Below, in pieces: positions 6,250 to 12,532 of a stretch of DNA of 12,532 nucleotides (position 1 is its first letter; every line of letters starts with the position of its first letter). Below the pieces are notes generated by a model. That model saw only the letters and a list, made by a program, of their open reading frames with translations. It made no database searches and was not told the origin of the DNA. Source of the stretch: Candidatus Bathyarchaeota archaeon (lineage in GTDB: Archaea > Thermoproteota > Bathyarchaeia > TCS64); NCBI GenBank assembly GCA_043826455.1, contig JBDRQD010000065.1:1-12532 (forward strand). The letters run 5' to 3'. The translations under genes and the position numbers were made by a program.

Positions 6250-6780
6250 ATGGATAGAGCCGTTAAAAGGTACATCATCCCATCGATAATGGTCATCGTA
6301 ATAGCGTCTTCAGCCTACCTTCTGTGGGCAAATAATCAGCAACCCTCAGAGGTAGACGAGAACGTATCCATCGGCGTAACTGCCGGATACAGGGCTAGGG
6401 ACCTATTACTCACCGGCCTAGACGGAGAAACCATAAAACTCAGTGACTACCTCGGAAGCATTCTCATAATAGACTTCATGGCACCTTGGTGCAACCCCTG
6501 CAAGGAACAAATAAAGATCCTCAAAGACGTGGAGGGCACACCCGACGTTATGATTATCTCCATCAATGTGGATTCAGAATACAATGCCACGTACCTACAG
6601 AGGTTCAAGGAGCAGGAAGGTATGAGCTGGCCCCTGGCGAGTTCCTCTGAGGCGGCCCAGTATTACAAGGTGACAGCGATACCCCTCATAATCTTCGTTG
6701 ATAAGGAGGGCGTCATAAGGTACAGGGGCTACTACACAACCCTCACCCAGTTCGAGCAACTCATCAAGGACAACGGGTGA
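6250..6780 (+). CDS. membrane-anchored TlpA/ResA-like thiol-disulfide oxidoreductase
   Basis: N-terminal TM helix, GETIKLSDYLG, IIDFMAPWCNPC (CxxC), cis-Pro segment VTAIP and IFVDKEGVIR. Confidence 0.9.
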   Translation: MDRAVKRYIIPSIMVIVIASSAYLLWANNQQPSEVDENVSIGVTAGYRARDLLLTGLDGETIKLSDYLGSILIIDFMAPWCNPCKEQIKILKDVEGTPDVMIISINVDSEYNATYLQRFKEQEGMSWPLASSSEAAQYYKVTAIPLIIFVDKEGVIRYRGYYTTLTQFEQLIKDNG

Positions 6781-6786
6781 CCGTGC

Positions 6787-7440
6787 GTGGACATCGCCAG
6801 CCTGAGCCTGTCCTTCACCGCCGGGTTCCTAGCTACACTAGCCCCCTGCGCCCTTCCCATGGTACCCGGATATGTCGCCTACTACATGAACCTGGGCCAG
6901 GGCAAGCGTAGCCCTCTCACCTACCTGGGGTTCGCCCTAGCCACCGCGGCGGGGTTCACATCGATGTATCTTCTTGTTGGTGTGCTCCCTGCATTCGGGG
7001 TCAGCCGACTCGCTGAGAGGCTGTACGCTGTAACCCCTTTCATAGGTGCTTTCCTGGTCATCATTGGGCTAGTGACGGCTTTCAGTGACGTGTTCAGCAG
7101 AGTACCTGTTTTCAAGCCTGAGGCCACAAAAACTGTCGGGTACAGAGGGCTCCTCCTCTACGGCGCCGGATACGGCGTAGCATCCATGGCGTGCAGCCTT
7201 CCTGTATTCATTCTTCTGGTACTCCAGTCAGCCAGCTCAGGTGGCCTAACAGCCATCCTAGCCAGCTTCATGGCCTACGGGCTCGGCGCAGCAACCATGA
7301 TGGTGCCCCTCACCTTCGCCGTAGCTTACTCGAACCATGTTCTACTGGAGCGGTTCATGAGCCTGCTGCCTCATGTCAAGAAGGTGAGCGCCCTAGTGCT
7401 GGTTGCGGCGGGCCTTTACATGATAGCCGTCAACCTATGA
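6787..7440 (+). CDS. ccdA: CcdA/DsbD-type transmembrane electron transporter (cytochrome c biogenesis protein CcdA)
   Basis: About six hydrophobic helices and two redox Cys in FTAGFLATLAPCALPMVPGY and ASMACSLP, plus YGLG in the fifth helix. Starts 6 nt after the TlpA gene. Confidence 0.88.
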   Translation: MDIASLSLSFTAGFLATLAPCALPMVPGYVAYYMNLGQGKRSPLTYLGFALATAAGFTSMYLLVGVLPAFGVSRLAERLYAVTPFIGAFLVIIGLVTAFSDVFSRVPVFKPEATKTVGYRGLLLYGAGYGVASMACSLPVFILLVLQSASSGGLTAILASFMAYGLGAATMMVPLTFAVAYSNHVLLERFMSLLPHVKKVSALVLVAAGLYMIAVNL

Positions 7441-7445
7441 AACTG

Positions 7446-7450
7446 TTAAA
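7446..7450 (+). promoter_or_regulatory. putative TATA box (GAAACTG-TTAAA) for a leaderless GH4 transcript
   Basis: TTAAA is centred about 26 nt upstream of the GTG at 7474, with a purine-rich BRE-like stretch before it. Confidence 0.35.
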
Positions 7451-7473
7451 CGCTGGTATCCCCAGGTTCACCC

Positions 7474-8757
7474 GTGTCTCGGATAGTCCTCGTGGGGGCT
7501 GGGAGCAGTGTTTTCGGGTATAACTCTGTGCTGGACGCCGTTAACATTCCCGCCCTCAGAGGCTCCAACCTTGTCCTTCATGACATTGACGGGGAGAGGC
7601 TCACAGCCATGGCTAGCCTAGCTGAGAGGATGAACGTGGAAGCTGGCGGCGGCTTGAAGATTGAGCACACAGTGGACCGCGCGGAGGCCTTGGAGGGCGC
7701 CGACTACGTCCTCATGAGCATAGCCGTGGAGCGGATGAAGCGGTGGAGGCTGGACTGGGAGATACCCTACAAACATGGCGTAAAGCAGGTCATAGGAGAG
7801 AACGGCGGCCCAGGCGGCCTGTTCCACACCATGAGGAACATACCCCCCGTCATGGACATAGCCCTCGACATGGTGGACCGCTGCCCCGACGCCTTTCTCC
7901 TAAACTACACCAACCCCGTTCCCAGGCTCTGCCTAGCCGTGAGTAGATACACGGACATCAAGGTTGTTGGCCTCTGCCACGAGGTGGAGCACCAGCTCCA
8001 ACGCCTGGCCCCCAAGATGGGGGTCCCCACGGCCCTCCTGGACGCCGTCTCCGCCGGCCTCAACCACTTCAGCTGGTACAAGGAGCTGAAGTTAAAGGAC
8101 GGCACTAACGCCTACCCCATGCTCGCTGAGGCCGTGGCAGGGGCCAAGGGCTTCCAGCCCCTCTGCAGAGCCATGTACGACAAGTTCGGCCTATACCCCA
8201 GCACAGACGACAACCACCTGGGCGAGTACCTGGCCTACGCCTGGGAAGTGTGCCCACCCGAGTCCCGGGGCCTCAACTGGATCGACAGATGCGAGCGGGA
8301 AGGAGAGAAGAGCTGGGAGAGGATCAGCCGACTCATAAGTGGCGAAGAGTCTCTCAACGTCAAGGGCAAGCTCTCAGGCGAACGGGCTATGCACATCATC
8401 GCCGGGATCATGGGCAACAGTAATCATGTGGAGCTCCAGGTCAACCTACCCAACGAGGGCCAGGTCAACAACCTGCTTAGGGGCGCCATAGTGGAGACGC
8501 CTGCCGTCATCAACAAGGGAGGCGTTAAGCCCATCCAGGTGGGGGACATGCCTAGCGGTCTGGCAGCCCTTTGCAACATCCAGATCATGATCCAGAGCCT
8601 GGCCGTGGAGGCCGGAGTCCACGGAGACCTAGGCCTGGCTCAGCAGGCAATGCTGGCGGACCCTGTGGTCCACGACACTGGGGCAGCCGAGAAGGCCTTC
8701 AAGGAGCTCTTCGAGGCCCACAGGGACCTGCTCCCACAGTTCAAGGATTCCTCGTGA
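7474..8757 (+). CDS. glycoside hydrolase family 4 (NAD+/Mn2+-dependent alpha-galactosidase/alpha-glucosidase, MelA-like)
   Basis: Rossmann start RIVLVGAGS, ALEGADYV, GENGGPGGLFH, LLNYTNP, VGLCH, AGLNH, DNHLGEY, VNLPNEG and AIVETP. Confidence 0.93.
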   Translation: MSRIVLVGAGSSVFGYNSVLDAVNIPALRGSNLVLHDIDGERLTAMASLAERMNVEAGGGLKIEHTVDRAEALEGADYVLMSIAVERMKRWRLDWEIPYKHGVKQVIGENGGPGGLFHTMRNIPPVMDIALDMVDRCPDAFLLNYTNPVPRLCLAVSRYTDIKVVGLCHEVEHQLQRLAPKMGVPTALLDAVSAGLNHFSWYKELKLKDGTNAYPMLAEAVAGAKGFQPLCRAMYDKFGLYPSTDDNHLGEYLAYAWEVCPPESRGLNWIDRCEREGEKSWERISRLISGEESLNVKGKLSGERAMHIIAGIMGNSNHVELQVNLPNEGQVNNLLRGAIVETPAVINKGGVKPIQVGDMPSGLAALCNIQIMIQSLAVEAGVHGDLGLAQQAMLADPVVHDTGAAEKAFKELFEAHRDLLPQFKDSS

Positions 8758-8826
8758 TACGCTTCACGGCCATCTGGCATCAGGACAAATCTTTAACCTA
8801 CATTTGCCTAATTCATAGGGATCAAC

Positions 8827-9693
8827 TTGACTGGCATGGACACCACGCTGGTTGAGCGAGTGGACCTACTGAGGAAGACCGGGCTGCCCCGGGTTGACTA
8901 CCACTGCCACATAAGCATCACCGAGTACAGCGACCCCGCGAACCCCACAGTCATCTCAGTGAGTAGAGAGGAGTTCCTGGCGGACCTCCAGGAGGCGGGC
9001 ATCAACAAGGCCGTGGTCCTCAGCGACAGGCGCACCAGCCCGGAGCAGGTCTCAGCCTTCGTCAGGCAGGACCCAGACCACTTCATAGGCTTCGGCTATG
9101 TCAACCCCATCCAGCACGGCTCAGCAGAGGAGGTGCTCCGGCAGAGGCATGAACTGGGCCTCTTTGGACTGAAGCTGTATCCATGCAGCGACGGGTACCA
9201 GCCAGATGACAGCCACGCCTTCAAGGTGTACGAGGCTGCCTCAAGCATAGGGATGCCTGTCATGTTTCATCATGCCGGGATGCCCAACCCCTACGACTAC
9301 ATGAAGCACAATGACCCAGCCCAGATCGACGTGGTGGCCGAGTGTTTCCCAGAGCTCCGGATCGTCCTCGCCCACCTAGGTTATCCACGAGTAGAGGAAA
9401 CCCTCTACGTAGCCAGGAAGCACAGGAACGTGTGGTGCGATATAAGCTGGCCCTACGGCGACGTGAACCACCCCAGCTTCCAGTACATGCTCTGGCGTGA
9501 TCTGCTTGTGGCGTTGAACCTGGGGGTGATCGATAAGATGGTGTTTGGCACTGACTACCCGGGCGTGAGGCAGCGGCCCTACGTGGAGATGCTCATGGGC
9601 TTAAACCGCTACGCTCACCACAGGGACCTCCACATTCCCATGGACAAGATATCAGGGATGCTGGACAGGAACATCCAGCCCCTGCTATCCTAG
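8827..9693 (+). CDS. amidohydrolase-2 family metal-dependent hydrolase (TIM barrel)
   Basis: DYHCH (HxH), GLKLYP, PVMFHH, IVLAHLG, NVWCDIS and VFGTDYP. Start is TTG 8827 or ATG 8836. Confidence 0.88.
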   Translation: MTGMDTTLVERVDLLRKTGLPRVDYHCHISITEYSDPANPTVISVSREEFLADLQEAGINKAVVLSDRRTSPEQVSAFVRQDPDHFIGFGYVNPIQHGSAEEVLRQRHELGLFGLKLYPCSDGYQPDDSHAFKVYEAASSIGMPVMFHHAGMPNPYDYMKHNDPAQIDVVAECFPELRIVLAHLGYPRVEETLYVARKHRNVWCDISWPYGDVNHPSFQYMLWRDLLVALNLGVIDKMVFGTDYPGVRQRPYVEMLMGLNRYAHHRDLHIPMDKISGMLDRNIQPLLS

Positions 9694-11187
9694 GCACTCC
9701 TCTATAACATACGGTATCTCGGCCACCAGGTCCTCGGGCAACAGATGATAGCCCTTCTCAGCCGCAACCCTGTCACCGGCAGCACCATTGATGAAGGCCG
9801 CGGCGCATGCAGCGTCGAAGGCCGATGCCCCCATGGCCAGGTAAGCCCCTGTGAGCCCCGTGAGCACGTCGCCGGTGCCACCCACCGTCATCCCGGGGTT
9901 CCCCGTCCAGTTGTACCTGACTCTCTGCCCGTCGCTCACCACGTCCACCCTACCCTTTAGGAGGATCACTGCTCCGAGCTTCTCGGCCTCCCTCTGAACC
10001 ACGGCTCCCTTCTCCTTGAAGCCGCCAGGAGCCTCCTTACCTGTCAGTATCTTGAACTCGCGGCTGTGAGGCGTGAACACTGTCGGCGTCTTCACTTCAA
10101 GCCTTTTCACTGGATACGCCTTCAGGCTGTCGGCGTCCACCACCATGGGCAGCCCCTTTGACTGAATCATGGAGTGGAGCAGCGTGTACGCCTCCACGGT
10201 GTCCTTGCTCTGTCCCAGGCCGGGACCTACGGCCACTGCGTCCACCTTCCCCAAGAAAGGCTCGATCTGGTGCAGGTTCTCCTCGGTAAAATGGTCGCCC
10301 TTGAGCTTCACCGTTATCAGGCTGGGGCTGAAGCCCATGACGGCTGGCGCAGCCGTCTCAGGGACCGCGACGTATACTAGGTCGATGCCCGCGGCGTAGG
10401 CCCCTAACGCGGTTAAAGCGGGGGCGCCACTGTAGGTTTCGCTGCCGCCCACTACAAGGAGGCTACCGAACATCCCCTTGTGGGCGTCAGGGTCCCTGGA
10501 TGGTTGGACAGCCCACACGTCACCCGGGCCGATGTACTGCTCGGCCTCTGGGGGAACACCTATGGGGGCGACGACGAGCTCCCCAACATTTTTAGGTTTC
10601 TTCGTGTAGCCCGCCTTGGGCTTGTGGAACGTGACTGTGAGGTCTGCGTGGACGCAGCCCCCGCGAGCTTCCCCTGTGTCGGCCTCCATCCCAGTGGGGA
10701 TATCTACGGCTACCCTGTATGCCTTGGCCCTGTTGATGGCCTCCACCATCTGCTGGAAGGGGGGCCTCAGGGCGCCCCTCATGCTGGTGCCTATGAGGCC
10801 GTCCACGATGATGTCAGCATCTATGCTGGGGATGAGGCTGGAATCGGTGACGACCTCAATATTTACACTGGAGGTCATCCCGGCGAGGGCATCGTAGCTT
10901 ACCCGGGTGTTGGGGTGGCTTATGTGGGCTGGGTCGCCGAGCACGATAACGTTAACCCTGTACCCAGCCACTGCCAGGTGCCTGGCCGCCACGTAGCCGT
11001 CGCCGCCGTTACCGCTGAGACCCGAGACCACCGTCACCCTCAAGTCCGGCTTGAAACGCTTCCTCACCTCGTCGGCCACGGACCGGCCCGCGTTCTCCAT
11101 GAGCAACTGGGTGGGCACCCCCAGGTAGGCCGCGTTCTTCTCCACGGCCACCATCTCCCGCACCGTCAGAAACTCGCCCAGAATCAT
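9685..11187 (-). CDS. nnr: bifunctional NAD(P)H-hydrate epimerase / ADP-dependent NAD(P)H-hydrate dehydratase
   Basis: YjeF_N motifs LMENAG, GNGGDG, IVDGLIGT and AVDIPTG. YjeF_C motifs HKG...GGSETYSGAP, GPGLG, VVDAD, TPHSREF, LKG and GGTGDVLTG. Confidence 0.96.
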   Translation of the reverse strand: MILGEFLTVREMVAVEKNAAYLGVPTQLLMENAGRSVADEVRKRFKPDLRVTVVSGLSGNGGDGYVAARHLAVAGYRVNVIVLGDPAHISHPNTRVSYDALAGMTSSVNIEVVTDSSLIPSIDADIIVDGLIGTSMRGALRPPFQQMVEAINRAKAYRVAVDIPTGMEADTGEARGGCVHADLTVTFHKPKAGYTKKPKNVGELVVAPIGVPPEAEQYIGPGDVWAVQPSRDPDAHKGMFGSLLVVGGSETYSGAPALTALGAYAAGIDLVYVAVPETAAPAVMGFSPSLITVKLKGDHFTEENLHQIEPFLGKVDAVAVGPGLGQSKDTVEAYTLLHSMIQSKGLPMVVDADSLKAYPVKRLEVKTPTVFTPHSREFKILTGKEAPGGFKEKGAVVQREAEKLGAVILLKGRVDVVSDGQRVRYNWTGNPGMTVGGTGDVLTGLTGAYLAMGASAFDAACAAAFINGAAGDRVAAEKGYHLLPEDLVAEIPYVIEECLG

Positions 11188-11415
11188 TTTACAACACCAA
11201 ATACTTTACATTAGGAGGGTTTATGCGCCTCTAGCTGGAATTAAGGACTGCGATTATTTGAAGCTACTGAGAGGCATTGGTATAAATAGCTTAACGCCTG
11301 TTTGAATTATTGCGCACGTGGAATTTTTAGCAATATATATGATATTAAAAATAATTTTCTCATAGCCTTGTGGTAATAATAAAAGAAAGATGTAATATGA
11401 ACCAATAAAAATGAA

Positions 11416-11760
11416 TCACACGATTTGAGAAAGATCACCGTAGTTTTTTAAACAAGAATCCCTCATGTCGGAAGTTATTGGCAGACCACCATACCGAGCC
11501 CATACACTAATATTAAAAGCATATAAGTAATCAGAAGCATATTTTTGAAGATAGCGTGATACTAATTTATTTCTCTCCTTATGATTTGTAGGATGCTGCG
11601 GTTTTTTAAGAGATGTAAAAAACATATCAACACAATGAACAGATCCATAAAATAAAATAATTGATTCCCAATCAAGGAATTTAATTTGATTACTGTTAAT
11701 TGCTTTATATGCATTATAATTTGATTTTAATTTAGCCTTATGGATCATTTCCGAAGGCAT
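11416..11760 (-). CDS. HEPN-like small helical protein (114 aa)
   Basis: Pattern MP...H...N...DW.....FY..VH.VD......HP.NH.ER......Y......S..ARY resembles UPF0332-type/standalone HEPN domains. No canonical Rx4-6H. Confidence 0.65.
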   Translation of the reverse strand: MPSEMIHKAKLKSNYNAYKAINSNQIKFLDWESIILFYGSVHCVDMFFTSLKKPQHPTNHKERNKLVSRYLQKYASDYLYAFNISVWARYGGLPITSDMRDSCLKNYGDLSQIV

Positions 11761-11763
11761 TAT

Positions 11764-12306
11764 TTACACCTTGACGTATACTGGACTCCAACCTGTTGTG
11801 TCTGTATTTATTGGTGCTATTGGTTCTGTTCTGAAATCAAAAAAAATATCACTATATTTATTTTCATGCTCGATTTGAAGGCTGATTAATTCTCTTAATG
11901 TATTTGATATGTCTTCGGGATTAATAAGTATAAGAAAATCCACCCCGTCTTGGGTTGGTTTACAATAAATATTTAAAACATTTTTAATTTTAGAAGCCTT
12001 TTCTTTATATTCGAGTATAGAATCTTCTTTTTTAGACTCTTTTTTCCATAATAATCCTTTTATTTCTTGTAATTCTAATAATACGTCATCGTATTTCTTT
12101 TCTACATCTTCAATTCTTTGTTCCAATCTACTTAAACCAACCTCTCTCGATCTACTTCCACTGCCAAAAAAACCATACATGCCCAAATTAGATGAAATAA
12201 AAGAATCGGCTATCAATGGATCTAAATAAATATTAAAATCTTTATCTTTATCTAAGGCCTCTCGTATTAATCGTACAAGTCTACGTTTTTGTTCTTCTTG
12301 GCTCAT
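11764..12306 (-). CDS. hypothetical protein: coiled coil plus possible degenerate nucleotidyltransferase (MNT)-like C-terminal domain
   Basis: Coiled coil LSRLEQRIEDVEKKYDDVLLELQEIK. The C-terminus has a beta-beta-alpha-beta pattern VLNIYC...DGVDFLILI...LRELISLQ...FFDFRT. SD GAGGGT precedes the ATG, and the gene ends 3 nt before the HEPN-like gene. Confidence 0.6.
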   Translation of the reverse strand: MSQEEQKRRLVRLIREALDKDKDFNIYLDPLIADSFISSNLGMYGFFGSGSRSREVGLSRLEQRIEDVEKKYDDVLLELQEIKGLLWKKESKKEDSILEYKEKASKIKNVLNIYCKPTQDGVDFLILINPEDISNTLRELISLQIEHENKYSDIFFDFRTEPIAPINTDTTGWSPVYVKV

Positions 12307-12315
12307 GTTGACCCT

Positions 12316-12532
12316 CTATATTTTTAATAAGAGATCATTAATTTCACTCAACTGAACATCCAATATTTTATTTATATCTATTGCACCTTTTATTGGATGA
12401 TTTTTATTATATGTTATTCTTGTTTCTCCCTCAGTTTCTTCTATTTTGATAGATGTTTTTTCATGCTCGATATGTTTATCTAAACAAATTCCTGTTATAT
12501 CAAAGCCATTACCAAAAATTTCTTTACATTCA
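12316..12532 (-). CDS. 3' end of a hypothetical protein (5'-truncated by the window edge), not in the ORF track
   Basis: Open minus frame ...ECKEIFGNGFDITGICLDKHIEHEKTSIKIEETEGETRITYNKNHPIKGAIDINKILDVQLSEINDLLLKI* with TAG at 12318-12316, 9 nt before the next ATG. Confidence 0.75.
   Translation of the reverse strand, partial: ECKEIFGNGFDITGICLDKHIEHEKTSIKIEETEGETRITYNKNHPIKGAIDINKILDVQLSEINDLLLKI

Larger units (their letters stand above)
11190..12532. other. AT-rich, probably horizontally acquired region (continues past the window)
   Basis: Abrupt change from GC-rich to strongly AT-rich sequence and codon usage immediately upstream of nnr. Confidence 0.75.

Noticed and set aside
10480..11214. 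244-aa plus-strand ORF
   Set aside because: Antisense to the highly conserved nnr gene, with no recognisable motifs.
11861..12471. 14-bp direct repeat TTTTCATGCTCGAT at 11861-11874 and 12458-12471 (both encode IEHE)
   Set aside because: Both copies lie inside coding frames in AT-rich DNA with no extended similarity. Not convincing as att sites or a duplication.

Overview
A compact archaeal-type chromosomal segment. Gene content, TATA-box promoters and a TackOD1-like protein suggest a TACK archaeon such as a Bathyarchaeon (inference). The GC-rich core (about 1047-11187) carries ybaK, an extended purN, an un-called 56-aa zinc-ribbon microprotein, and a multi-Cys (TackOD1-like)/acidic linker/atypical receiver fusion. 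It continues with a CaCA-family cation antiporter and an M55 D-aminopeptidase (each broken by a 1-nt indel in a G run), a TlpA-CcdA redox pair, a GH4 glycosidase, an amidohydrolase and nnr. The 4050-4372 intergenic region is unusually structured: a ~93-nt multi-stem element, nested operator-like palindromes and a fluoride-riboswitch-like motif directly in front of the antiporter. From about 11190 the sequence becomes strongly AT-rich and holds a tight three-gene operon (unknown, coiled-coil plus MNT-like, HEPN-like) that may be a horizontally acquired toxin-antitoxin or defence module. All calls come from reading the sequence; no searches were run.
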